Positions 36,848 through 46,109 of a stretch of DNA of 52,829 bases are shown one piece after another. The translations under genes and the position numbers were made by a program. Origin of the DNA: an uncultured Gammaproteobacteria bacterium (GTDB lineage Bacteria; Patescibacteriota; Patescibacteriia; 2-01-FULL-39-33). A model generated the notes under the pieces. The model did not search any database. It was not told the origin of the DNA and saw only the letters and a program-made list of their open reading frames with translations. The DNA lies in the NCBI GenBank assembly GCA_964455185.1, contig CAYVUR010000003.1:1-52829 (forward strand), given 5' to 3'. Every line of letters starts with the position of its first letter. The first letter of the stretch is position 1.

Positions 36848-37204
36848 ATGAGACATAATAGAAAAGGAAAAGTTTTAGGAAGAACAAAAGAGCCAAGAAA
36901 AGCTCTTATGAGAAATTTGGCAACTAGTTTTGTATTGTATGAAAAAATAAAAACCACCAAAGCTAAAGCTAAAGCTTTAAGACCAATCGTAGAAAAATTA
37001 ATAACTTTAGGTAAAACAGATACTTTACATAATCGTCGTAAAGTTATGGAGTATTTATATACTGATGGTGCAGTAAAAAAAGTTTTTGAAGTATTAGGAC
37101 CAAGATTTAAAGAACGCAAAGGTGGTTATACTAGAATTATTAAACTCTCTCCTAGAGTTAATGATGCCGCTGAAATGGCTATTTTAGAAGTAGTAGAAAA
37201 GTAA
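36848..37204 (+). CDS. rplQ: Ribosomal protein L17
   Basis: Start moved to ATG 36848 (MRHNRKGKVLGRTKEPRKALMRNL), the typical L17 N-terminus. Confidence 0.93.
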   Translation: MRHNRKGKVLGRTKEPRKALMRNLATSFVLYEKIKTTKAKAKALRPIVEKLITLGKTDTLHNRRKVMEYLYTDGAVKKVFEVLGPRFKERKGGYTRIIKLSPRVNDAAEMAILEVVEK

Positions 37205-37205
37205 T

Positions 37206-37565
37206 ATGGAAAAAATCATCGAAAGAAAAATACATCAAATTGATGCCACAAATAAACCTTTAGGGCGTTTAGCTAGTGAAATCGCTATAATTTTACGTGG
37301 CAAAAATAAACCATCATTTAATCCCGCTATTGACGCTGGTGATTATGTTGAGGTAATTAATTGTGATAAAGTAAAGTTTACTGGAAAAAAATTTGAACAA
37401 AAAGAATATATTTGGCATACTAATTATCCCGGTGGATTAAAGCGTAAAAAAATTAAAGACGTTTTTAGAGTAGATCCCGGAAAAGTTTTAAAAGAAGCTG
37501 TTTGGGGTATGCTACCTAAAAATAAATTACGTGATAAAATGATAAAAAGATTGAAAACTAAATAA
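37206..37565 (+). CDS. rplM: Ribosomal protein L13 (short, 119 aa)
   Basis: IDATNKPLGRLASEIAIILRGKNKPSFNP...NYPGG. Confidence 0.92.
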   Translation: MEKIIERKIHQIDATNKPLGRLASEIAIILRGKNKPSFNPAIDAGDYVEVINCDKVKFTGKKFEQKEYIWHTNYPGGLKRKKIKDVFRVDPGKVLKEAVWGMLPKNKLRDKMIKRLKTK

Positions 37566-37571
37566 AAAACC

Positions 37572-37997
37572 ATGGAAGACAAAGATCAGAAAAAGACAAT
37601 CTCCAAAGAAAAATATTTTTATGGAAGAGGTGGACGTAAAAATGCTACCGCTCAAGCTAGAATATATTTAAAAGGTAAAGGAGAAATAACGATTAATAAC
37701 AAAAAAATTGTTGAATATTTTCCTAATAAGGAACTACAAGAAACTGTTTTACAGCCACTTGTATTAACTAATCATGAGAAAACAGTTGATGTTACTTTAC
37801 GTGTGGTAGGTGGTGGTAAAGTTGGTCAAAGTCAAGCTTGTAGGCACGCTATAGCGCGAGCTTTAGAATTAGTTAATCCTGAATTAAGACCTTTACTCAA
37901 AGCCGAAGGATTATTAACTCGAGACCCAAGAGTAAAAGAAAGAAAGAAGCCCGGTCTTAAACGTGCTAGACGAGCCCCTCAATGGTCTAAACGTTAA
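37572..37997 (+). CDS. rpsI: Ribosomal protein S9
   Basis: GRGGRKNATAQARI...GGGKVGQSQACRHAIARAL...TRDPRVKERKKPGLKRARRAPQWSKR. Confidence 0.96.
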   Translation: MEDKDQKKTISKEKYFYGRGGRKNATAQARIYLKGKGEITINNKKIVEYFPNKELQETVLQPLVLTNHEKTVDVTLRVVGGGKVGQSQACRHAIARALELVNPELRPLLKAEGLLTRDPRVKERKKPGLKRARRAPQWSKR

Positions 37998-38015
37998 TTT
38001 TTATAGATTTTTTAT

Positions 38016-38050
38016 AAAAACAAGGAAGTATTTTATATCCTTGTTTTTTT
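38016..38050 (+). terminator. Intrinsic terminator ending the r-protein/rpoA operon
   Basis: AAAAACAAGGA...TCCTTGTTTTT hairpin followed by a T-run. Confidence 0.7.
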
Positions 38051-38084
38051 GTTTTTAGATTTTTTGTGATATTATATAAAAGAT

Positions 38085-39518
38085 ATGAGTAGTAGAAATT
38101 TAGCTAAAAATACAGTTTTTTATAGTTTAGCTTTAGCGGGACAAAAAGTATTATCCTTTATTTATTTTATTTTTTTAGCTCGTATTATTGGAGTTGAAAA
38201 TCAAGGAAAATTTTCTTTTGCTTTAAGTTTTACTTCTATTTTTGCTATGTTTCTTGATTTAGGATTAACTCAAATATTAATTAGAGATTCAGCAAAAGAT
38301 AAAAATTGCGCTGAATTAAAATTAGCAAATGTAATAAGTTTTAAATTATTATATTCTTTTATTATTTATGGTTTTATTGTTTTATTAATAAATTTAATGA
38401 GATATCCAGAAATTACTAAACAATTAGTATATATATCTGGTTTAGTAATGTTGTTAGATTCATTTTCTCTTTCAGTTTATGGAGTAATAAGGGGGCATCA
38501 TAATCTTTTATTTGAAAGTATCGGTACGATTTTGAATCAATTAGTGGTTCTAATAGTTGGTTTAATTGGATTATATTGGGGTTGGGGGCTTAAAATGTTA
38601 ATGTTTGTATATTTATTGGCTAGCTTTATTAATTTAATTTGGGCCATTTACCATTTAAATAAATCTTTTAAAATAAAAATAATTTTACAATTTAATTGGC
38701 AAATTATTAATCAATTATTAATTTTATCAATTCCTTTTGCGATTGCTGGAATATTTACTCGTATTTTTTCATCAATTGATACCGTGTTATTATCGAAATT
38801 AGCAGGGGATTGGGCAGTGGGCATATATAGTGTTGCTTTCAAGGCGGTTTTTGCTTTACAGTTTTTAGCTTTAGCATTTTCTGCTTCTCTTTACCCAGCT
38901 TTTTCTAATTATTTTGTTCATTCAAAAGAAAATTTAGCTAAACTTTTTACTAAATCAATGTATTGGTTAATTTTTGCTTCCCTCCCTTTAACTAGTGGAA
39001 CTATCGCTATAGCTGATAAAGTTATTAAAGGAATTTTTGGCAATAAATATTTACCATCAATAGAGCCGTTACAAATTTTAATAACCTCTATTGTTTTTGT
39101 TTTTTTATGTTTTCCGATTGGCGCTTTACTTAATGCCTGTAATCAGCAAACGCGTAATACTATCAATTTAGGAATAGTGGCTATTTTTAGTTTTATTACT
39201 AATTTAATTTTGATTCCAATTTATAATTATAATGGTTCAGCTATAACTAACTTATTAAGTTACGGTTTACTTTTTATTTTAGGTATTTTAGCTGTAAATC
39301 AAATTATAGATTATGATAAAAAATTTCTTTTCTTTTCTTTTTTAAAATCTTTATTAGCTAGTTGTATTATGTTTTTAGTTGTATTTTCTTTAAAAGAGTT
39401 AATTCATTTTGTTATTTTAATACCAATTGGAATCTTAATTTATTTAAGCATATCTTATTTAATGGGTCTTTTTTCAATTAATTCAATCAAAGAATTTTCT
39501 AAAGAATTTATAAAATAA
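38085..39518 (+). CDS. MOP/Wzx-type polysaccharide (oligosaccharide) flippase
   Basis: 477 aa, about 12-14 TM segments. N-terminal pattern KNTVFYSLALAGQKVLSFIYFIFLARIIGVENQGKFSFA, typical of polysaccharide biosynthesis (Polysacc_synt) proteins. Confidence 0.75.
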   Translation: MSSRNLAKNTVFYSLALAGQKVLSFIYFIFLARIIGVENQGKFSFALSFTSIFAMFLDLGLTQILIRDSAKDKNCAELKLANVISFKLLYSFIIYGFIVLLINLMRYPEITKQLVYISGLVMLLDSFSLSVYGVIRGHHNLLFESIGTILNQLVVLIVGLIGLYWGWGLKMLMFVYLLASFINLIWAIYHLNKSFKIKIILQFNWQIINQLLILSIPFAIAGIFTRIFSSIDTVLLSKLAGDWAVGIYSVAFKAVFALQFLALAFSASLYPAFSNYFVHSKENLAKLFTKSMYWLIFASLPLTSGTIAIADKVIKGIFGNKYLPSIEPLQILITSIVFVFLCFPIGALLNACNQQTRNTINLGIVAIFSFITNLILIPIYNYNGSAITNLLSYGLLFILGILAVNQIIDYDKKFLFFSFLKSLLASCIMFLVVFSLKELIHFVILIPIGILIYLSISYLMGLFSINSIKEFSKEFIK

Positions 39519-39522
39519 TTTT

Positions 39523-40635
39523 ATGGCTAAAAAATTACTAATAACTTATTCTTTTCCACCTCGGATTGGCGGAATTGAAAATTATTATTTTAATTTTTGT
39601 TCTTGTCTTGATCCTTCAGAAATAGTTGTTTTAGCTCATATTCATTATAAATCAGAAGAATTTGATTCTCAACAAAAATATAAAATTTTTCGTACTGATT
39701 TTTTTGACGGTAAAATCCCACCTCGTTGGAGACAAATGAAAAAAATTATAAAAAATATTATTAGTAATGAAGGAATTGAAGAAATAATTTTTGGACATTT
39801 TCATCCTTTCTGTTTATTAGGAGCAGAATTAAATTTACCATATTTTGTATTTATTCATGGAACTGATATTACACAAGTAACAAATTGGTGGCAAAAATAT
39901 GCTTTACGTAAAACTTATTATAATGATTGGTGTCGTAAATTTGTTGCCAGTAGTAATTTTTTAGCTAATCAACTAAATAATTTAATTGGTAATCGTTCTA
40001 AAATAGAAATAATTAATCCCGGAATAAATTTTTCATCTCTTTCTCAAGAAGTAGAAGATTTTAAAGCTAGAAAAGAATTACTTGGCCTCTCTGATAAAGA
40101 TTTAATTTTAACTTCAATTTGTAGAATAGAACCAGAAAAAAATATTGAAACTATTATCAAATTAATGCCAGAATTATTAACTCAAATTCCTAATCTTAAA
40201 TATATTATAGTGGGTGACGGTTCTGATTTAAAAAGATTACAAGATTTAGTAGTTAATTATGGATTAAAATATCAAGTAATTTTTACAGGAGAAATTGATA
40301 CTAATTCATTAACAAAATCTTTTTATTATCAATTAGGTCATATTTTTGTAATTCCTTCACTTAAACCAGAAGGTTTTGGTATTTCCTATCTTGAAGCTTC
40401 AGCGGCTAAATCTGCTGTCATTGCTTCTAAATTTGGAGGTAGTGCTGAAGCGGTAAAAGATGGAGAAACTGGAATTTTAGTTGATCCTCATAATCCCGAA
40501 GAAATTAAATTAGCTATTATTAAATTAGCTTCCGATAATCAATTATGGGAAAAAATTTCTACAGCTGGAGTTTTATGGTCTAAAAATTTTGATTGGTCAA
40601 TTCAAATAAAAAAAATAAAAGAAATAATAAGATGA
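39523..40635 (+). CDS. Glycosyltransferase, GT4 (GT-B) family
   Basis: 370 aa. C-terminal EGFGISYLEASAAKSAVIAS..GG..E.V.DGETG (E-x7-E region). Confidence 0.85.
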   Translation: MAKKLLITYSFPPRIGGIENYYFNFCSCLDPSEIVVLAHIHYKSEEFDSQQKYKIFRTDFFDGKIPPRWRQMKKIIKNIISNEGIEEIIFGHFHPFCLLGAELNLPYFVFIHGTDITQVTNWWQKYALRKTYYNDWCRKFVASSNFLANQLNNLIGNRSKIEIINPGINFSSLSQEVEDFKARKELLGLSDKDLILTSICRIEPEKNIETIIKLMPELLTQIPNLKYIIVGDGSDLKRLQDLVVNYGLKYQVIFTGEIDTNSLTKSFYYQLGHIFVIPSLKPEGFGISYLEASAAKSAVIASKFGGSAEAVKDGETGILVDPHNPEEIKLAIIKLASDNQLWEKISTAGVLWSKNFDWSIQIKKIKEIIR

Positions 40636-41309
40636 TTTCAGTAATTATTCCAGTTTATAATGCCGCTAAAACTATAGAAAATTGTCTAAAAAGTGTTTTT
40701 AACCAAAGTTATAAAGACATTGAAGTTATTATAGTAAATGATGGGTCTACTGATAATCTGCATCAGGTATTATTAAATGTTACTGGTAAATTTGTTATTT
40801 ATGATCAAGATAATCAAGGAGCGCCAGCGGCTAGAAATTTTGGTTTTAAACAAAGTCATGGTGAATTTATAATTTTTCTTGATGCTGATATTATTATGAA
40901 GCCTAAAATGTTAGAGAAATTATATTTAGCTCTTAAAACTAATCCCGAAGCGGCTTTTGCTTATTCTTCTTTTTATTGGGGATGGAAAAAATTTAAATTA
41001 TGGCCTTTTAATTACGAAAAATTAAAAAAAATGCCTTATATTCATACTAGCACTTTAATTCGTAGAGAAGTGTTTCCAGGGTTTGATCCAATGTTAAAAA
41101 AATTTCAAGATTGGGATTTATTTTTGACAATAGCAAAAAATGGTGGAACAGGAGTTTTTATTGCTGAATCATTATTTAAAATTACTGCAAAAGGAACGAT
41201 GAGTTCTTGGTTGCCTACCATTTTCTATCAATTACCTTTTTTGAAACTTAAAGTTAAAGATGAATATTTAAAAGCAAAAGAAATTATTAAACAAAAACAT
41301 CAAATATAG
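40632..41309 (+). CDS. Glycosyltransferase, GT2 (GT-A) family
   Basis: Start at ATG 40632 overlaps the GT4 stop (ATGA). MISVIIPVYNA...VIIVNDGSTD...FLDADI (DXD). Confidence 0.85.
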   Translation: MISVIIPVYNAAKTIENCLKSVFNQSYKDIEVIIVNDGSTDNLHQVLLNVTGKFVIYDQDNQGAPAARNFGFKQSHGEFIIFLDADIIMKPKMLEKLYLALKTNPEAAFAYSSFYWGWKKFKLWPFNYEKLKKMPYIHTSTLIRREVFPGFDPMLKKFQDWDLFLTIAKNGGTGVFIAESLFKITAKGTMSSWLPTIFYQLPFLKLKVKDEYLKAKEIIKQKHQI

Positions 41310-41325
41310 TAAAAATGTTATTAAT

Positions 41326-42000
41326 ATGAGATTAAACCGTTATATTGCTCAATCTGGAATTTGTTCTCGTCGTAAAGCTGATGATTTAATTATTAGTGGT
41401 CATATTAAAGTTAATGGAAAAATAATAACTTCTTTAGGAAAAAAGATTGATGAAAATAAAGATTTAGTTGAATGTAATAATCAGCTTATAAAATTACAAA
41501 ATAAAAAAATTTATTTAGCACTTAATAAACCAATTGATTATATTTCTAGTAATTCATCAGCACAAGGTAAATCAATTTTAGATTTAATTAATATAAAAGA
41601 AAGAATTTACCCTGTGGGCAGGTTAGATAAAAATTCTCGAGGTTTAATTCTGCTTACTAATGATGGGGAATTTGCTTATAAACTTACTCAAGCCAAATTT
41701 AAACATGAGAAAGAATATCAAGTAATTCTTGATAAACCACTTAAATCTAAAGATAAAAATAAATTAGAAACAGATATGGTTTTAGATTCAGAAGTAATTA
41801 GGGGTATAAAAGTTAAACAAGTAGCTGGATCTAAGGTTAATTTAATTTTACAGGAGGGGGTTAATCGTCAAATTCGCAGAATGATGAAAAAAATCGGTTA
41901 TAAAGTTAAAGATTTACAAAGGATAAGAATTGGAAAATTATATTTAAATAATTTACCAGAAGGGCAATATAAAGAAATAAAACCAAATGATGTTATCTAA
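41326..42000 (+). CDS. Pseudouridine synthase, RsuA/RluB family (S4 domain + catalytic domain)
   Basis: MRLNRYIAQSGICSRRKADDLI (S4). VGRLDKNSRGLILLTNDG (catalytic Asp). 224 aa. Confidence 0.88.
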   Translation: MRLNRYIAQSGICSRRKADDLIISGHIKVNGKIITSLGKKIDENKDLVECNNQLIKLQNKKIYLALNKPIDYISSNSSAQGKSILDLINIKERIYPVGRLDKNSRGLILLTNDGEFAYKLTQAKFKHEKEYQVILDKPLKSKDKNKLETDMVLDSEVIRGIKVKQVAGSKVNLILQEGVNRQIRRMMKKIGYKVKDLQRIRIGKLYLNNLPEGQYKEIKPNDVI

Positions 42001-42008
42001 AATTATTT

Positions 42009-42605
42009 TTATATTTTTTGTCTGCCACGTAAAGCGTTTTCTAAAGTTACCTCATCTGCATATTCAACATCAGCTCCCATTGGCAATCCTCGAGCTAATT
42101 TAGTAATTTTAATTTCTTGATTTTTTTTAAGGAGATTAATAAGAAATAATGAAGTTGTTTCTCCTTCTATATCTGGATTTAATGCTAGAATAATTTCTTT
42201 TATATTATGATTTTTAATTCTTATCAATAATTGATTAATTCGTAAATCTTCAGGAAAAGAATTTTCTAAAGGGTTAATATTTCCGCCTAAAACATGATAA
42301 ACTCCAGAAAAAAAACCAGTTTTTTCTATTGCTACAATATCTTGTGGTTTAGAAACAACACAAATTAAAGAATGGTCTCGATGGGAATCAGAACAAATTG
42401 GGCAAGGTATAGATTCGCTAAAATTAAAACAATTAGGACAAATTTTTATTGTTTGTTTAGCTTTTAAAATTGCTGAAGCTAATTGTTCTAATTCTTCAGG
42501 TGGACGTTTTAATAAATAAAAAACTAATCTTTCAGCTGTTTTAGGGCCAATAGAAGGTAAATGAGATAGTTTATCTATTAAATTTTGTATAGCTGGTTGA
42601 TACAT
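42009..42605 (-). CDS. recR: Recombination protein RecR
   Basis: LPSIGPKTAERL HhH, CxxC..CxxC zinc finger (CPNC...CPIC), Toprim region. 198 aa. Confidence 0.95.
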   Translation of the reverse strand: MYQPAIQNLIDKLSHLPSIGPKTAERLVFYLLKRPPEELEQLASAILKAKQTIKICPNCFNFSESIPCPICSDSHRDHSLICVVSKPQDIVAIEKTGFFSGVYHVLGGNINPLENSFPEDLRINQLLIRIKNHNIKEIILALNPDIEGETTSLFLINLLKKNQEIKITKLARGLPMGADVEYADEVTLENALRGRQKI

Positions 42606-42670
42606 ATTTATTTTATTTTTTTACAGCTTAACATAATTAAAAAATAATTTGAAGAGTTTTTTAATTAAAT

Positions 42671-42693
42671 AAAGATCGCTAATAGCGATCTTT
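42671..42693 (-). terminator. Hairpin downstream of tRNA-Gln(UUG)
   Basis: AAAGATCGCT-aat-AGCGATCTTT perfect 10-bp stem. The downstream U-run is only moderate. Confidence 0.45.
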
Positions 42694-42705
42694 ATTATTT
42701 AATAA

Positions 42706-42776
42706 CTCGGGGACAGGGATTCGAACCCCGATAGCCAGGACCAAAACCTGGAGTCCTACCATTAGACGATCCCCGA
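42706..42776 (-). tRNA. tRNA-Gln (anticodon UUG), CCA not encoded
   Basis: Hand-folded. Acceptor TCGGGGA/TCCCCGA (U1-A72), D arm identical to the CUG isoacceptor, anticodon arm CCAGG-TTTTGGT-CCTGG, T arm CGGGG-TTCGAAT-CCCTG, discriminator G followed by TTA. 71 nt. Confidence 0.9.
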
Positions 42777-42806
42777 ATAAGAGCGCCCCGAAAATCGTGA
42801 CGCTCG

Positions 42807-42918
42807 AATTGATTATTTGTCTTTACTTGTAAGAACGCTAAGAACGTTTAGCAATCCTTTTCTCTTATAATTGATTATTATTTATCTTTTTTATAAGAAC
42901 GTTTAGTGATTCTTTCTT
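42807..42918. repeat. Degenerate tandem duplication (~55-62 nt period)
   Basis: AATTGATTA (42807-42815 and 42869-42877) and AAGAACGTTTAG (42840-42851 and 42895-42906) recur in the same order. The right unit covers the 3' end of the small ORF. The left unit is a decayed copy. Confidence 0.6.
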
Positions 42919-43006
42919 CTTCTAATTTTTTCTTAATACTCTTTTTCTTTTCAATTCTTACTAATCTAGGAACTTTGATTCTTGGATCTTTCTTTCTTTT
43001 TGGCAT
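42878..43006 (-). CDS. Speculative 42-aa highly basic peptide
   Basis: My translation: MPKRKKDPRIKVPRLVRIEKKKSIKKKLEEERITKRSYKKDK*. A consensus promoter lies 33 nt upstream. No family recognised. Confidence 0.4.
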   Translation of the reverse strand: MPKRKKDPRIKVPRLVRIEKKKSIKKKLEEERITKRSYKKDK

Positions 43007-43038
43007 ATTATATCTTTTTTTAATAAAATCTAGTACAA

Positions 43039-43067
43039 ATTATAACAAATAAAAAACATTTTGACAA
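43039..43067 (-). promoter_or_regulatory. Sigma70-type promoter for the small basic ORF / tRNA-Gln(UUG) unit
   Basis: Minus strand: TTGTCA(43067-43062), 17 nt, TATAAT(43044-43039). Confidence 0.5.
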
Positions 43068-43131
43068 GAGTATTTGGTTTATTTTTTTGTCTCTTTAATA
43101 ACTTAATTAATTATGATAAGATATTTTCAAT

Positions 43132-46092
43132 ATGTCAGATTTACTTAAAAATTTAAATAAAATACAACAATTAGCCGTTACACATAAAGACGGTCCATTA
43201 TTAATTTTAGCTGGAGCTGGTACAGGTAAAACAACAGTTATTACCAATAAAATAGCTTGGTTAATATTGGAACAGGGGATAAAGCCTGACGAAGTTTTAG
43301 CTTTAACTTTTACTGAAAAAGCAGCAGCTGAAATGGAAGAAAGAGTAGATAAATTATTGCCGCTTGGCTATGTTGATTTATGGATTTCTACTTTTCATTC
43401 TTTTGCAGAAAGAATTTTAAGAGATAATGCCTTAGAAATAGGTTTACCTAATGATTTTAAATTATTATCACAAACTGAACAGTGGCTTTTAGTAAGACAA
43501 AATCTTGATCATTTCCAATTAGATTATTATCGCCCTCTTGGTAATCCGACTAAATTTATTCATTCTTTAATCAAACTTTTTTCTCGTGCTAAAGATGAAA
43601 ATATTTCAACTGAAGATTATTTAGAATATGCGCAAAATTTAAAACTTGACTCTGATTCAGCTGAATTTATAAAAAAAGAAACTTCGACTTTAGCTGATGA
43701 TGAAATTGCTAAACAATTAGAAATTTCTAATGCTTATCATACTTATCAACAATTATTATTAGAAAAAGGGGTAATGGATTTTGGTGATTTAATTAATTAT
43801 TGTTTAAAACTTTTTAAAGAACGCCCTACTATTTTAAATCACTATCGTAATAATTTTAAATATATTTTAATTGATGAATTTCAGGATACTAATTGGGCAC
43901 AGTATGAATTAATTAAACTTTTAGCTGCGCCTAAAAATAATTTAACTGTAGTTGGTGATGATGATCAGGCAATTTATAAATTTCGCGGCGCTTCTGTTAG
44001 TAATATTTTACAATTCAAAGACGATTTTCCTCAAGCAAAAGAAATTTTATTAATAGATAATTATCGCAGTTGTCAAAATATACTTGATCTCGCTTATAAA
44101 TTTATTCAACGTAATAATCCTGATCGTTTAGAAGTTAAAATGCAAAAAAAAGGGAAAAAATTATCTAAACAATTAATAAGTCATATTCCATGCGAGGGAA
44201 TAATTGAACATTTACATGGTCAAACAGCTTCTGATGAAATAGAAATGGTAATTAATAAAATTATTGAAATTTATAATTCAGATAAATCGTTAACTTGGTC
44301 TGATTTCGCTATTTTAGTTCGCGCTAATAGTATGGCAGATGATTTTTGTTATGCTTTAGAGTTAGCAAAAATTCCTTATGTCTTTTTGGCTTCAAAAGGT
44401 TTATATAAAAAACAAATTATTCTTGATATTTTAGCTTGGTTTCGTTTACTTGATAATTATCATGAAAATTCGGCTATGTACCGAATTATTAATTTGCCAA
44501 TTTGGCAAATTCCGCCCAATGATTGTATTAATCTTAATTATTGGGCTAATCGCAAAGGTTGGTCGTTATATGAAATTTGTAAACAAAATCGTCTTTTTAC
44601 CAATATTGATGATGCATCTCGTATTAAATTAGATAAAATAATTTCTTTATTAGAACAAGCTGCTATTACTGCTCAAAGTAATAAAAAACCAACAGAAATT
44701 CTTCAAGAATTTCTTGAAAAATCAGGATATTTAAAATTTTTAACCAACAAAAATAATTCGGATTTAAATCGTGATCTTAATTATCTTAATCAATTTTATA
44801 AAAAACTAGTTAAATTTGAAAAAGAAAATTTAACGCCTAATCTTGAATCTCTAATGGATTTAATAAATATGGAATTGGAATCAGGTGAAGAAGGAAGTTT
44901 AGAGCAAAATTTAGAAAATGATAGTCCTGATACTGTAAAAGTTATAACTATACATGGTGCAAAAGGATTAGAATTTAAATATGTTTTTATTGTTAATTTA
45001 GTAGACAAAAAATTTCCTAGTGTTTCTCGAAGCGAATCAATAGAATTACCAACTAAATTAATTAAAGAAATTTTACCAGAAGGCGATTCACATTTAGAAG
45101 AAGAAAGGAGATTATTTTATGTTGCCATTACTCGAGCTAAACAAGGATTATTTTTAACCTCGGCTCAAGATTATGGCGGGGCTAGAACAAAAAAAATATC
45201 TCGTTTTTTAGCAGAATTAGCAGAAGACGGTTTCAAATTGTCTAAACAAGTTAAAAGTGAAACAATTAAATTAGACAGAAAATCAAAAAGTGAATTAATT
45301 AAACCAGAATTAGAATTGATTAATTTTATACCTAAACATTTTTCTTTTACTCAAATTAAAGCTTTTGAAACTTGTCCTTATCAATATCGTTTTGCTCACA
45401 TTTTAAAAATACCTAGCAAAGGTAAACCACAATTTTCTTTTGGTAAAACTATGCATTCAGTAATGCAAAAATTTTTTATTTTAGCTAAAATGCGAGCTGG
45501 ATTATCTCAAGCTGACATTTTTGGTAGTATAAAAAAAGAACCTCAAATTACGTGGGAGGAAGTAAAAAAAATTTACGAAGAATCTTTTATTGATGATTGG
45601 TATCCTAATAAAAAGATAAAAGATGCTTATTATCAAAAAGGTTTAACTTCTCTTAAAACTTTTTTTGAACAATGGCAATCAGAAAAAATAATAGCGGATT
45701 CTTTAGAAGTTGGATTTACTTTTAAATTATCAAAAGATTGTGTAATTCGTGGCGCTATTGATAGAATTGATAAAGTTGATGATGGATATAAATTAATTGA
45801 TTATAAAACTGGCAAACCTAAAGATAAATTAGATATTGAAGATAAAGAACAATTATTAATATATCAAATAGCAGCCGAAGAAGTTTTAAAAAAACCAGTT
45901 AAAGAACTATCTTTTTATTACTTTGAAGGTAATAAAGAATTATCTTTTATTGGTAAAGATAAAGAATTAGAAAAATTAAAAGAAAAAATAATTTCTATTG
46001 TTGCTGAAATAAAAAAAGGAAAATTTCCTCCTAAACCTGAAATAAAAAAATGTGAAACTTGTGATTTTAAATGTATTTGTGATTATGCTTAA
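43132..46092 (+). CDS. UvrD/PcrA-type SF1 helicase fused to a C-terminal PD-(D/E)XK nuclease with Cys4 (Fe-S, AddB/Cas4-like) motif
   Basis: 986 aa. AGAGTGKT, LIDEFQDTN, VGDDDQAIYKFRGA, ITIHGAKGLEF, RRLFYVAITRAK. Nuclease part: CPYQYRF, GAIDRID, LIDYKTGK, CETCDFKCIC. Confidence 0.85.
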   Translation: MSDLLKNLNKIQQLAVTHKDGPLLILAGAGTGKTTVITNKIAWLILEQGIKPDEVLALTFTEKAAAEMEERVDKLLPLGYVDLWISTFHSFAERILRDNALEIGLPNDFKLLSQTEQWLLVRQNLDHFQLDYYRPLGNPTKFIHSLIKLFSRAKDENISTEDYLEYAQNLKLDSDSAEFIKKETSTLADDEIAKQLEISNAYHTYQQLLLEKGVMDFGDLINYCLKLFKERPTILNHYRNNFKYILIDEFQDTNWAQYELIKLLAAPKNNLTVVGDDDQAIYKFRGASVSNILQFKDDFPQAKEILLIDNYRSCQNILDLAYKFIQRNNPDRLEVKMQKKGKKLSKQLISHIPCEGIIEHLHGQTASDEIEMVINKIIEIYNSDKSLTWSDFAILVRANSMADDFCYALELAKIPYVFLASKGLYKKQIILDILAWFRLLDNYHENSAMYRIINLPIWQIPPNDCINLNYWANRKGWSLYEICKQNRLFTNIDDASRIKLDKIISLLEQAAITAQSNKKPTEILQEFLEKSGYLKFLTNKNNSDLNRDLNYLNQFYKKLVKFEKENLTPNLESLMDLINMELESGEEGSLEQNLENDSPDTVKVITIHGAKGLEFKYVFIVNLVDKKFPSVSRSESIELPTKLIKEILPEGDSHLEEERRLFYVAITRAKQGLFLTSAQDYGGARTKKISRFLAELAEDGFKLSKQVKSETIKLDRKSKSELIKPELELINFIPKHFSFTQIKAFETCPYQYRFAHILKIPSKGKPQFSFGKTMHSVMQKFFILAKMRAGLSQADIFGSIKKEPQITWEEVKKIYEESFIDDWYPNKKIKDAYYQKGLTSLKTFFEQWQSEKIIADSLEVGFTFKLSKDCVIRGAIDRIDKVDDGYKLIDYKTGKPKDKLDIEDKEQLLIYQIAAEEVLKKPVKELSFYYFEGNKELSFIGKDKELEKLKEKIISIVAEIKKGKFPPKPEIKKCETCDFKCICDYA

Positions 46093-46109
46093 AATAATAA
46101 TAATATAAT

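Noticed and set aside
43061-43066. Plus-strand TTGACA as the -35 element for the helicase-nuclease gene
   Set aside because: Seventeen nt downstream the sequence is TTTTTG, which is not a -10 element. The overlapping minus-strand TTGTCA has a perfect TATAAT at the right distance. The hexamer is therefore assigned to the minus-strand small-ORF/tRNA unit.
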